DNA from: Eledone cirrhosa
Lineage: Eukaryota
Reading direction: 5' to 3'
DNA: 64,000 bases
NCBI GenBank assembly: GCA_964016885.1
Contig: OZ024743.1
Location: 163,742,001 to 163,806,000, forward strand
Position numbers and translations under genes: made by a program. The notes under the pieces are model-generated. The model was given only the letters and a program-made list of their open reading frames with translations. It searched no databases and was not told the origin of the DNA. Below are positions 49,125-62,199 of the stretch, piece by piece. Positions within the stretch are counted from its first letter, which is position 1. Each line of letters begins with the position of its first letter.

Positions 49125-50672
49125 TTTAATTGCTTTTTTTGCCCCAGACCAAGCACAGCCAACCAAATATTCACACTGTGGCAGGTCTTCGAGAAATCAT
49201 GGGAATATTGCCAAGAGGTATAATCTTGTTTTATCAACCTTGAAAAGGCATATGACTGTGTTCCACGGGACCTGCTGTGGAAGGTTCTGCAGGAGCATGA
49301 GATGAATGACAGCTTCTTGCTACCCTGATGTCTCTAATGCCCGAGTATTTGTGTTCAGATAATGGGGCTAAATCGAAACCATTCAATGTTGGAGTCGGAC
49401 TCCGCCAAGGGTGCATACTGTCACTTCTTCTGTTCATTATTTACAGTGGTGGATTGGCAGTATCGGTAGAGGGTCGGACGCCATGCTTTCCAGCAGAGTT
49501 ACGTCCCTTTACGATCTGAGTTCAAATCCCGCCGAGGTTGACTTTGCCTTTCATCCTTACGGGGTCGATAAAATAAAGTACCAGTAATGCACTGGGTAAT
49601 TTGCTGGCCTTGTGCCAAATGTAGAAACAATTATTTACAGTGGATTGGCAGTATCGGCAGAGGGTCGGACGCCATGCTTTGCAGTATGGAGTTACGTCCC
49701 TTTATGATCAGAGTTCAAATGTCGCCGAGGTTAACTTTGCCTTTCATCCTTACGGGGGTCGATAAAATAAAGTACCAGTAATTCACTGGGATAATTGCTG
49801 GCCTTGTGCCAAAAGTAGAAACAATTATTTACATGAACAGGATTGAGATACGCAACCAGGTAGGAAGTAATATCATGACTGGCGGGTGTAAAATCAGTCG
49901 GATGGAATTTGCAGATGACATGGTATTACTTAATTTGACAGATGATCTCCGACTTGCAGTTGATAGGTTTGATGCCAGGTGTTGCATGGCGGGAATGAAG
50001 ATCAGTGCTGTGAAGACTGAGACACTCATCCTCTCAAGGAGGACTGTGCAGTGCACCCTACATGTGAATAGTGTTCCACTGAAGTAGGTAGAGAAGTTCA
50101 AGTATCTCGGGGCTGTGTTCTCAAGTGATGGCAAGCAGGAGACTGAATTAAGTGCAAGAATTGCAGGAGCTGGTGCAGTAATGCACCAGCTCCTGCATTC
50201 GGTAATCAGAAGAAGGGAGGTAGGTGTAAAAGTCAAAATCACTATCTTCAATTTGGTATTCATGTCAACCCTTCCCTATGGGTAATGACTGAAAGAATAT
50301 GATCGCAAATACAAGCGGCTGAAATGGCATTCCTCCGAAGGGTCTCGGAGTAACATTACTCGAGTAAAGTGTGTAGCTAGATCAGAGAGTCACTCCAGGT
50401 AGAGCCGCTACTTCTCCAAATTGAGAGCTCACGGCTCTGATACTATGGGCATGTGGTTAGAATTTCTCAGGAAAGAAAAAGCTGAACAGATTTTATGGGC
50501 AAAACCAACTGGCAGGAGATCCAGGGGTAGACCCTGAGCAAGATGGTTGTATAACATGTATGAGCTTGGCTGGAGACGGTTGCCTCTGACAAGACCTCTG
50601 GAAGGAGTGTTTCAGGATTCTGCCCCCATGACCCTCTCTGGAATAGGTGGGTGAAGAAGGAGGGGAAGAAGA
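49125..50672 (+). mobile_element. RTE LINE family C (no PHD, (GAA)n tail), 5'-truncated, with a SINE pair inserted
   Basis: GLRQGCILS, EFADDMVL, VEKFKYLG. Homologous copies at about 60915-61655 (+) and 62200-63554 (-). Confidence 0.88.
49446..49823 (+). mobile_element. Two tandem SINEs at one site
   Basis: attatttaca occurs three times (49436, 49630, 49824). Removing the SINEs restores LINE FIIYMNR. Confidence 0.92.
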
Positions 50673-51302
50673 ACGCTTATATAAAATTATGTTGAAAGAT
50701 TTAAATTAAAATAGGAATCCTTTAAAATGTTTTTATATATACCGTAGAGCCAGTTTCAGTTGGGTTGGGTTGGTATCAAAGGATTCTGAGTTCAAATCCC
50801 GCCGAGGTTAACTTTGCCTTTCATCCTTACGGGGTCGATAAAATAAAGTACCAGTAATGTACTGGGTAATTTCTGGCCTTGTGCCAATAGTAGAAACAAT
50901 TATTATTAAGTTTATGTTTGGAACATAATTTAACAAAGGTTCTTACATAATATTACGATGGAAGGTTTTTAGATATATAAACACTTTAAAATAAACAGCT
51001 TTGTATCATAGAACCAGAAGTGGTTTTATGTTGTTTGGTATAATAAGGTTAATAAAACATAGTAGGTATGCAGTGAAAAAGATAATAATCTATGTAGTCA
51101 TAAGTTCAAATTTTACTATAGTAGCTGAAGTGTTATCTCTTTGGGTAGTGCACATAGCTTTGCTTTCTTTGCTAAGGTTTGCATTGCTGACATAGAGAAA
51201 AATTGAAATAGAGAGAGAGAAAAAAGAAATTCTGTTTCATTCTTCTATGATTGAATGGTTAAACTCTTGAAATCCTTCATCTGTAAAAGGAAATGCCTTT
51301 AA

Positions 51303-51511
51303 ACTTTTAGCATTTACATTACTCTATATTTACTATTGTATTTTCACAGTAAATGCTTTATCTCACATAATTATCTCGCATAATGTGGAATCTAGGAGAT
51401 TTTGATATTATTTATTTTAAGAACAATATCTTAACATAAGTATGGGCAGCCAGTTTGAACAGAGAGGTGAAAGAATTCTGGCTGAATACAGTTGGTTTAA
51501 ATACTAAAGGG
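51303..51511. mobile_element. TTAA MITE, homologue of 59766-59983
   Basis: TTAA flanks, degenerate CCTTTAGCATTTA-type TIRs and colinear body. Confidence 0.8.
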
Positions 51512-53515
51512 TTAACTGGATTTTATTCATCTGTACTAGGATTACAAAAATGTACACTATCATCATTTAACAACTGTCTTTCAAGTAACAACTGGCTTGC
51601 AAGTAAAAACAAACAAAGAAAAAGAAACTAAAGAAAGATGGATGAAAATCCGATAGAACCAAATTACAAAATTGGACATCTGGCCCAATGGTCTTGGAAG
51701 AATCATGATATTAACCCTTTTAGTACCAAACCACTTGAAACTGCTTCTGATTTTGTAATACAAAACTGCTTACTTTAGAATGTTTATATTTATCTAAATA
51801 TCATCCATCATAATTTTATATGTGAATCTTTCCTAAGTGATGATCCAGACACCAGCTACCTTTCAAATTCATGATTGTTTTAAACGATTTGAAAATTATA
51901 TAGTGTCTTTCATTAGAAATATGGTAATGAAAGGGTTAGAGTATTTTTCATGACATAATAATTGAAATCTAACCTATAGGTACAGACACGGATGTTTGGT
52001 TTAGGAATTTGCTTCACAGCCATATGGTTCTGGATTCAGTCTAGCTGCACATCACCCTAGGCATGTATCTTCTACTCTAGCCTCGGGTTAACTAATGTCT
52101 TGTGAGGGAAATTAGGTAGACTGAAACTGCAGAAGCCTGTCATATATGTGTCTATGTTTATGTTTGTGGTTGAGTTTATTTTCTATTTTTTTAAGTTTGA
52201 CAAAATAGAGATCGATAAATTTGTACCAAGCTTAAAAAAATAGGTACTGCTGTCAATCTTATTCACTAAATCAAGGCAGTCTAATGATTGAAACCAGTAA
52301 AAGAGTACTTTGACTAAATCAAGGTGGTGCCCTAGCATGACTGAAATCAGTAAAAGAGTAAATTGACTAAATCAAGGGTGGTGCCCTAGCATGGATGCAA
52401 TGTAATGACTAAAACCAGTGAAAGAGTAAACATTATTACCAGAACTTGCTTACTTACTTGATAAACAGAGTTTACAGGTTAGCTGACACCATTCATTACA
52501 TGATGCATATATATTACTTACACTAGAATCACTTGAAGAATGTGGCTCAGGATGAACTATTTCAGAGTAAAAGGTCACTGATATCACTTTATCTTCTTTG
52601 ACACATTCTTATATCTTTATATTCTTAATCTCTTCCCTTCAGTCAATATCTCCTTCCCACCACTCCAACTCAAGTCTTTCTCTCTCTCTCATACACACAG
52701 AAAATACTTCTCTGGAATAGATTTTTTTCAAATCTTTTCATTGAACTTTTACAGAACAACAGAATTGAGATTTTCCTATTTCTATTTATTTTTTTATATA
52801 TCTATACAACATGGAGTTACATAACAACTATCAGTTAGTCACTATATTGATTTATCCTGGTCAATCAACCTTCTGGAATAATCGTAATTAAGCACTAAAC
52901 TTTGCTTTTTGTCTTTATTGTTCAACTTATATATATGACTCTGTAGTTCATTTAGATACTCAACAAAAGCTAATATGATGATAATCTACTACAAAAATAA
53001 AATCTCTCATCACCAGACCTCATTGGAATTACCTCTTCAACACTACATGCAGTTCTAATAGCGTTATTGGCCCTAATATAGGCAAGTAAATACCAGTGTA
53101 TATATATGTACAATGGGTAGACTAACAGGAAAGGAAGACTTTGTAGGTAGTAGATGCACAGGGGTAATCGAGGAGAAGAGCAGCAATGATATAAACCTCT
53201 TAAAGTTATAGGAAGGGTCCATAGAAAGTGGTTGATAAGCTTCTGCTATCTAGGTGACTTAATTAGCAGTGGGGGGGGGGGGGGGGGGGGGGTTACTCTG
53301 AGAGCATAATAGTTAAAATAAGGATTGAATAGAAGAAATTTAGAGAACTACTCCCACTGTTGACAACAAAAGTTTTCTTCCAACCTACAAAAGGACAGCT
53401 GTGTGCGAAGTATGATGCTGCATGGAAGTGATACATGGACTAAGACTGCAGAAGACATGCGTAGACCGGAGAGAAATGAAGCAGCCATGCTTTATTGGAT
53501 GTGCAATGTGAATGA

Positions 53516-55725
53516 ATGGCAGATTCTTCGCTTGCGAAGATTAGTGGGAAGAATTATCGTCGTTCTATGCAGTGGCACAACTTGAGGTGGCTGTAGGGGC
53601 CAATCCTGGACCTGCAGGCTCTGGTACAGTTGGGACAAGTGTATATTTTGTCAGTTGGTGGTTAAGTTGCAGACAGCTTTTTTTCTTTGATGTTTGTCTT
53701 CAGTCGCATTTTTCCTGCCCTCTTCAAAGCTGGCTGAAGCTGTTTTAATGGCCATTCTCCATTTCTCTGTCCTCTGCCAGATGTTCCCATTCTTTGTGAT
53801 CGATATTCATCGCAAGTTGAACACACTCCCATCAGTATGAAACTGGATGTAAATGCCCTCCCACAGATCTTTCCTTGTTTCACGGAGCATCATGCTGAAG
53901 AAGATTACAAATAAGGTTGGGGCAAGGACACAGCCTTGTTCCACGCCATTCTCAATGGAGAATTGATCAGAGAGACTTCCATTGTGCTTCACCTGTCCTT
54001 GCTGTCCTGTGTGGAGTTGCTAGAGCATGGTCAGGAATGTTGGCAGACATCCAAGTCTGCCAAGGATCTTTCACAGTCCATCTCTACATTTTTCCTGGTT
54101 CTGGCGGAGGACAAAAATCATATCTGTGGTTCCGCGGTTGGCACGGAATCTGCATTGGCTTTCTGGGAGGACATCCGCTGCAATGGCTGGGATGTCTATT
54201 GAGCAGGACACAAGCTAGAATTTTGCCTGCAATTGAGAGTAACATGATGCCACAGTAGTTTGAGCAGTTTGATTTTTTGCCTTTGTTTTTGTACAGGGAC
54301 ACTATCACGGCATTTCAGAGGTCTGTTGGTATCTCTCCTTTTGACTAGCACTGTATAAACAGATCTGTGAGCTTCTCAAGGAGTGAGCCACTGCCATACT
54401 TGTACACCTCAGCGGGAATACCATCAACACCAGGAGCCCTGTGTGTTTTCGTGTGGGTGACTGTGGTATTTACCTCCTCCGAGGAAGGTGGTGCATCCAG
54501 CCCACTTTTGACTTGCTGCTGTGAGATGTTGTTGATCGAAGTGTCTGCTACCGAGCATTTGTCTCCAAACAGGTTGCCATAGTGTTCAGTCCAGCAGTTC
54601 AGGATGGCCTTTTTGTCTATGAGCTGTACTGACCCATCCACTGAACGGAGAGAGGCTTGTGTTTGATGACTGGGACCACAGACCTCCCTGAGTGCCTCAT
54701 AGAAGGCTCTGGTTTTGCCAGTATCTGCATAGTGCGGTATTCATTTGGCCTGTTCTGTCCACCAGTTATCCCGGATCTCCCTAAGCTTCCTCTGTAGGGT
54801 GCTGCAGGTCTTCCTTTATGTTGACCTGACTGACTGGCTATTCGGACTCAACAGCACTCCTCGCTGTGCAGAGTATTTCTCGTCAATGAGCTTTTGGATC
54901 TCATCATTCTCGTCAAAACAGTCTTTGTTCTTCCTTGTAGAAAAACCCACCATTTCTGCTTTTGTGTTCTGCAACGTCTTCTTCACGTCTTGCCAAAAAG
55001 TCTCTGGTTCAGCATTGGGAGCTACAATGGTGTTGAGCTTTGCTTCCAGCTTTTCTTAAAATCTCCCCTTCAACAAGGGGAAGCGATCAACATTGATTTT
55101 CTTGAATTGTGGGGTTCTTTTCTTCACTGTGGGCTTGACCGTCAATCTGAGAATTGATCGTATGAGCCAATGGTCAGTGTAGCAGTTAGCACTCGGCATA
55201 ACTCTGGTATATTCAGCACATCTTTCATATCTCTCTGGTATACAAGGATGTAATCCAGTAGGTGCTAGTGCTTGGAGCGTGGGTGCCTCTATGTTGTTTT
55301 GAACCTGTTTATTTTTTTTGTTAGAAAAGGTGTTGGTGATGGCCAGGGAGTGCTCAGTGCATAGCTCAAGGAGCAACTGGTTGTTGTCATTGCAGTTGCC
55401 TATCCCATGTCGTCCGAGCACACCAGGCCAAATGGCATGATCTCTGCCAACCCTTACGTTGAAATCGCCCATGATGACAACTTTGTCAGAGCTGTTGGTT
55501 TCCTGGATGAATGCCTTCAGTTCATTGTAAAAGGATTATTTTGCAGTAGGGTCTGCTTGCAGCTTTGGGACATAGGCAGTAATGATGGTGAGTAACTGGT
55601 TGTCTTGCAAGGGTGACCAACAGAGTGACCAACTGGGAGACCTTCATGATGGTTAGCGATGTTGTTTTTTATCATGAAACCAACTCCCGACAGCCTGTTA
55701 TCAACTTTAGCTCTGGCAGACCAGT
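53516..55725 (-). mobile_element. RTE (BovB-like) LINE remnant with endonuclease and RT, internally deleted; adjoins a decayed PHD-RTE fragment (about 53115-53515, +)
   Basis: [60 protein letters not shown]. Confidence 0.88.
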
Positions 55726-56042
55726 ATATATGTGCCTATCTGGCGATGTTTCTACTGCAAAAAGGATGTTGAAATAGAATAATAGAGCATGGTGGAGCTA
55801 TTGGTTTTGAAGAAATGGAATGAGAATGAGCAAGGACATGGCAGTGATTTTGGGTTCAGTCCCACAACATGACACCTTGGGTATCTTCTACTGTAGCCAA
55901 AGTTGATCAATGTCTTGTGAGTGCACATCAACATGAGATATTCTTTTCCACAAAGTTTGATCATCAACAGCAGAGTTTAGAGAGCAAAGGTCATGTCCAG
56001 TCCATAAGTTGACATAATCAACCAGCATTTTGGCTGTTGACC

Positions 56043-56321
56043 TCAGCTTCTCTTACCAGCTAACTTTCCTTTTAGACATAACTTACTCACACCACGAGTT
56101 GATCTTTTGATATGACTATACAGTTTAAGTACTCTTGACTTGATAACTGATGTGATTGGTTTAAGCTTGGTAATGTTGAGTAGCTCATTGATAGAGATAT
56201 GGTCCTTGAGTTGTTTGATAGTCATAATCCTCATGATGTGGTTTTGGAATGTAGAGAGCTTTTGAAGTGACCTTGTCATCCAGTTAACACAATCAAGACC
56301 ATATAATACAACCAGGGTCAT
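56043..56321 (-). mobile_element. C-terminal fragment of another RTE-like ORF2
   Basis: VVLYGLDC..LSTFQNHIMRIM..DHISINEL..RVLKLYSHIKR..GKR pattern. Confidence 0.55.
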
Positions 56322-57703
56322 CAGCCAAGAAATGATATATATATATTATTCTGCTCTATCTGTTTTTTTTTTCAAAATTTTTATTCTTTTTCCATAACTT
56401 CCATGTCTACACTTCATTTCGAATATACATCCCTCCTCACTCCATCTGCGAATATATATATATAAATATATACAGCCCTATCTCTGGATTTCATCTGTTT
56501 CTACTATTGTTTTGACAAAGTTCAAAACAAGTAATGTGAATTCTTTTCAGCCTCCTACCATCTCCCTCTGTTAGTCGTTCATTCATTCAGACATATATTT
56601 ATTATTTCTCATGTTGAAAATATTGTTCTATTTTTCCTAGGTCTTCTCTTAAAGTCATCCATTTCCCTCCCACCCACCCCCACTCACCACCATAGTTATT
56701 TGGACCAATCAAAACTCAGCAGTATATAGTATGTTTCACTAAACCAAATTTCTATGACAAAAGCCACTACTTCGGCTACTACTCCTCCTAAACATTATTA
56801 TAGACCTGGTTGTAGCTCTGTATGATGAATGGGCTACAGAGATAGAGAGTTGGAGCACTCATAAAGATGAAAATGGATTCACCTCCCATCTCTGGTCAAC
56901 TATGCAAATACTCCATTTTATTTCAGGCATGGAAAACCAAAGCCTACACAAATCTATCTCCCACTCTCCTCCCCGAGCCTTCATCCTCTTCTTCCCTACT
57001 CTCTCTCAGAGTTGGTACCATGAATGTAGGCATGATGAAAGGTTGATCAAGTGAGATTGTTGAGAGCTTGAAAGAAAGTTGATGTTTCCTGTGTATAAGA
57101 GACTATATGGAGGGTAGGGTCAGCTAGATTCATTGTGAGCAAAAAACAATGCTACAAATTTTTCTGGGTGGGTAATGACAACAGGCTAGGTGTAATAGGA
57201 ATTATGTTAGCAGAAAAATGGCTAGATAAGGTAATTGCTGTAAATAGAGTGAACAACAGAATCATTAAAATTACACTAGTTCTAAATAGAACAACCATGT
57301 CAATTATATCTGTTTATGCACCCCAATATGGTCTACCAGATGTTATAAAAGACAGGTTCTATGAGTCCCTAATGCACACTACTTCCCAAATAAGCAGCAG
57401 TGACTACACAATTATTGCTGGTGATGTTAATGGGCATGTTGGACAACACTGTGATAGCTATGGTAGGATCCTTGGCGGTTATGGTTTTGGTACTAGAAAC
57501 AAGGAAGGTTTCAGGATCCTGGAATTCTGTGATGCCAATGACCTAACTATCTGTAACACAATCTTCAAAAAACGAGACAATCACTTAATCACCTATAGAT
57601 AGATTTTATCCTTACCAGAAGACAAAACAGAGTAGCTGTTGTAAACAAAGTCCCTTCCTGGTGAAGAATGTACCTCCCAACATAACCTAATAGTTAGCGA
57701 CCT

Positions 57704-57773
57704 GTCTCTGTGGTGCAATCAGCGCGTTCAGCTGTTAACCGAAAGGTTGGTAGCTCAAGTCCATCCAGGGACG
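57704..57773 (+). pseudogene. tRNA-Asn(GTT) retro-pseudogene
   Basis: GTCTCTGTGGTGCAATC----AGCGCGTTCAGCTGTTAACCGAAAGGTTGGTAGCTCAAGTCCATCCAGGGACG matches the conserved metazoan tRNA-Asn, with a D-loop GGTT deletion and transitions. Confidence 0.88.
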
Positions 57774-59765
57774 TAATGGTGTATTTTTGCATTAGAAACA
57801 TTACTGGTGTTAGGAAGGGCATCCAGCTGTAGAAATCAAGCCAGAATTAGTTCCCTTATGAGCAAGACAAGGTCAGCCAACCGGACACTGCCCACAACAG
57901 GACAACCCATCTAATCTATGCTAGCATGGAAGAATGGACGTAAAATGGTGATGATGGTAGTCAGGGCTAGATGAACTTGACGACAGAGGATAACCTTGAG
58001 GAGAAGAATGTGGAAGTTGTAGGACCCCACAGCCAGTAACAAATTTAGAGGCATGTTACTTGATGCTTTTGACAGTAAGGAAGAGCAAATAGACATACAA
58101 TATAGAGGAGCAGTGAGAAATCCTGAAAGATAACCTACTGAAGATGACAAATGAAATATGTGATTGGATCAGGCCTCTAGGGAGAAGGAGAGTGACATGG
58201 TGGTGGAACAGGACGGTGTAGGAGACAATTAAGGCCGAAAGGCGGGCATGAACAGAATGGCAGGATGGAGGAAGTAGAGAACACTATCAGGTGGCTAGGA
58301 GAGAAGCTAGGCAACAAGTGTACTTTGCAAGAAGAGAAGCAGAAGACAAAAAATGTAAGCATGTTCTGCAATGCAAGGACCAAAGCTGTGAGGTGTTCAG
58401 TATTGCGAGAGAATGTGTCAAGGAAAACTGTGATATTGTTGGGGAGGAGTGTGTCCGTGATGATAATAGAGTACTTGCCCTCACTGATGCTGAAAAGAAG
58501 GTAGCATGGAAGTGCCACTATGAGAGACTATTGAATGAGGAGAATGAATGGGATGAAAATGTTTGCCCCAACAATTGATCCAACAGAGGGACCAGCTGTG
58601 CAAGTTAGTAGTAGTATAGTAATTAAGGCAATCAAAGATATGAAGACAGGCAAAGCAGCTGGACCTTCGGAGAGAGTTGCTGAGATGCTGAAAGTGTCTG
58701 GAATGGTGGGACACACCATGGTCACCTGTGTAGTAAACCAATACAAAATGAGGTCATACCCAATGTGTGGCACAGCAGCATCATTGTCAACTGTTACAGG
58801 GGCAATGGAGATGCTCTAGAAAGAGAATATAGGGACATTACATTGGTTGACCAGGCCATGAAGGTCACAGAAAGAGTTATTACACAGCTGATTTGGGGCC
58901 GAATTAAACTTGATGAAATGCAGTTTGGATTTGTACCAGGTAAAAGTACCATGGATGCTCTCTTCCTCATAAGGCAACTGCTAGAGAAGTACCTAGCTAA
59001 AAGTAAACCTTTCTACTTAGCTTTTGTTGACTTGGAGAAAGCCTTTGACAGAGTCCCATGCTCCATTATCTGGTGGGCTCTTAGAAAACTAGGAGTAGAT
59101 AAGTGGCTTGTGAGAGCTATATAAGCCATGTATAGAGGAACAATCAGCAAGGTTAGAAATTAACAATGACTGTAGTGAAGAATTTAGCGTACAAGTAGAT
59201 TTCACCAAGGCTCCATCCTTAACTCTCCCCTGCTCATTATTGCCCTACAGGCTGTAACAGAAGAGTTTAAGACCGGCTGCCAATGGGAACGTCTGTATGC
59301 CAATGTTCTAACTCTCATAGCTGAATCTATGGCATATTTAGAGAAGAAATTCCAAACCTGGACGCATGTCCTAGAATCAAGAAAGGAAAATAGGGCCCAG
59401 ATTCCTTCTGAGGAGTGGCCTTGCTCAGTGTGCAGGAAAGGAGTAAGTAGAAATTCCATTCTATGTCCCAAATGCAAGCTATGGGTACATAAAAGATGTA
59501 GTGGGATCACAGGCAGGCTATAAAAAAACGTAGGTTTTATTTGTGGCGAATGTTCAGGTGCAGTAAGTAGCAAGTGGTCACAGGATACTAGTTCCTTCAA
59601 ATGCCTAGGCGGTTCTATAGAAATAGTTCACACTTTCCATTACCTGGGTGATGAAATCAGCAGTGGAAGATGGTGTTTCGAAAATACAATTGCCAGAGTA
59701 AGAACAGGATGGAGAAAGTTCAGAGAACTAATACCGCTGTTAGCTAGAAAAGGTCTTTCCTTTAA

Positions 59766-59983
59766 CCTTTTAGCATTTACATTACTCTATATATACTATT
59801 GTATTTCCATGCTAAAAGCTTTACCTCACATAATTATCTCACATAATATCGAATCTATGAGATTTTGATATTTATTTTGAGAACAATACCTTAACATTAG
59901 TATGAGTGGCCAGTTAAGGCCAGTTTGAATAGAAAGAGGTGAGAGAATTCTGGCTGGATACGGTCGGTTTAAATGCTAAAGGG
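59766..59983. mobile_element. 218-bp piggyBac-type MITE
   Basis: TTAA TSD (59762-59765 and 59984-59987); 14-bp TIR CCTTTTAGCATTTA / TAAATGCTAAAGGG. Removing it restores LINE KGLSFKMKGRLYD. Confidence 0.92.
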
Positions 59984-60914
59984 TTAAAATGAAGGGCAGA
60001 TTGTATGATGCATGTATACGAACTGCAGTGTTACATGGTAGTGAGACTTGGGCATTGTGCGCAGAGGACCTGCGAAGATTGGAAAGAAATGAAGCATACA
60101 TGCTGCGATGGATGTGAAATAGTAATATACATGAATGGTAAAGCATAAATGAACTGAGGATGCAGTATAATAGAGAGGAGATCGTGTTGGTATGGTCATG
60201 TGATGCGTATGAAGGACAACAGCTGTATGAAAAGGTGCAGGGTGATCAAAATGGATGGAAGTTATAGAGTAGGAAGACCCAGCAAGACCTGGGATAAGCT
60301 GATAAAATCTTACCTTGTACAATTGCACCTCTCAAAGAAAATGACACAGGATCAAAATCTTTGGCATTATGCAGTAATACAGAAGACCCACCTTCCCTTG
60401 TGCACGGACTCAAACATACATCTAGTAGGCACTTCTTAACCACTATACTCCCTCCCATACACCCACCCTCCTACATCTGTCCACACCACCCTTACACTAT
60501 AAAGTTATGTTGGTATCACAAAAATGCATCCAGCTCACAGTGTAAGGTGGTCGTGTCAGTGTCACAACACAAAGCACCCAGCCCTCACTGTAAAGTGATC
60601 GTGTAGGAGTCACAAGAAGCACCCAGCTCACACTGTAGGGTCCTCATGTAGAAGTCACGACAAAAAGCACCCAGCCCACACTGTAAAGTGGTCGTGTAGG
60701 TGTCACGATAAAAAGCACACAGCACACACTGTAAATGTGGTTGGTGTTAGGAAGGGCATCCAGCCAGAAACAGTTCTATATGAGCAAGACATGGTCACTT
60801 GACCCAACTTTCCTCTAACGGAACAACACATCTCACCCATGCTAGTGTCGAAAATGGATGTTAAATGATGATATATATAATAGCATAAAACCTATCAAGT
60901 GCAAGTCGGAGTTC

Positions 60915-61655
60915 ACCTTAACTCAACAGAAGGTGATCTCCAACTTGCACTTGATAGGTTTGATGCCGAATGCTGCATAGCTGGAATGAAAATCTGTGCT
61001 GTGAAAACTGAGACACTCATCCTCTCAAAGAAGCCTGCACAGTACACTCTACATGTGAATGGAGTTCCACTGAAGCAGGTTGAGAAGTTCAAGTATCTTG
61101 TGGCCATGAGTGATGGAAGGCAGGAGGCTGAATTAAATGCAAGAATTGCAGGAGCTGGTGCAGTAATGCACCAGCTTCAGAATTCGGTAATCAGAAGGGA
61201 GGTAGGTGTAAAAGTCAAAATCACTATCATCAATTTGGTATTCATGCCAACCCTTAGCTATGGTCATGAATCTAGGGTAATAACTGAATAAATATGATCA
61301 CAAATACAACTGGTGGAAATGGGTTCCTCCGAAGGGTCTTTGGAGTAGCGTTAGTCTATAGAGCTTCTAGCCCTAAGATCAGAGAGTCACTGCAGGTAAA
61401 GCCGCTACTTCTCCAAATTGAGAGATCACAGCTCTAATACTATGGGTATGTGGTTTGAATGTCTCAGGAAAGAATCGCTGAACAGATGTTATGGGAGACC
61501 CGGGAGTAGTCCCTGAACATGATAGTTAGATAACATCCATGAACTCATTTCCAGCTGGATCAGTTGGAAACAGTTGCATCCGACAGGACCTGCTGGTGGG
61601 AGTGTTTAATGAACCTGCCCCCACGACCTTCTCAGGAATAAGTGGAAGAAGAACT
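60915..61655 (+). mobile_element. RTE family C 3' fragment
   Basis: ORF 60899-61291 VEKFKYL..PTLSYGHES; GAA tail. Confidence 0.85.
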
Positions 61656-62036
61656 AATGTTTTTACAAGGTTATCAGTGATAAGGTAACTAATTTTACTA
61701 CAAAATATATAAACATCAAAAGGGGAAATGTAAAACAAAAGGCCTTTATTTGAAGACTAGGCATCACCACAGAAAGAACATATAGATGAATTTTTTTTCT
61801 TAAATTATGTATCTTCACATGTATCTCACATTTTAGAAAACTTTCTCAGATGTTGAAGCCAAATCTTTCTTGAAAGCTAATGTTGTTGTCAAACTTTAAA
61901 TTTTTTTTCTTGTTGTCTAAATCAAATGTTTACATTAAAAATTACAAACTTATTTTTAAGATAGTTATAACATAAAAAGGCAGGGAATTGCAGAGTTGTT
62001 AGAATATCAGATAGAATGCTTTGCAGTATTCGTTTC

Positions 62037-62071
<35 letters not shown>

Positions 62072-62199
62072 CAAATCCCGCTAAGATCAACTTTGCCTTT
62101 CATCCATTCAAGGTCAATAAAAAAGTACCAGTTTAGTAATGGGGTCAATTCTTTTTCTATATCTCTTTATCACTACTATTCTTTCACTCACTCTCTATT

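Larger units (their letters stand above)
56925..60870 (+). mobile_element. Near full-length decayed RTE LINE family B (APE, RT, PHD, VNTR-containing 3' UTR) with two nested insertions
   Basis: VGTMNV, ISVYAPQ, AGDVNGHVG; FVDLEKAFD; WPCSVC..CPKC..WVHKRC; 5-6 tandem units at about 60490-60735; (GAT) tail. Confidence 0.9.

Noticed and set aside
57704-57773. Functional tRNA-Asn gene
   Set aside because: The D-loop GG is deleted, the T-loop/B-box is altered (AGCTCAAGT), and it is embedded in a LINE.
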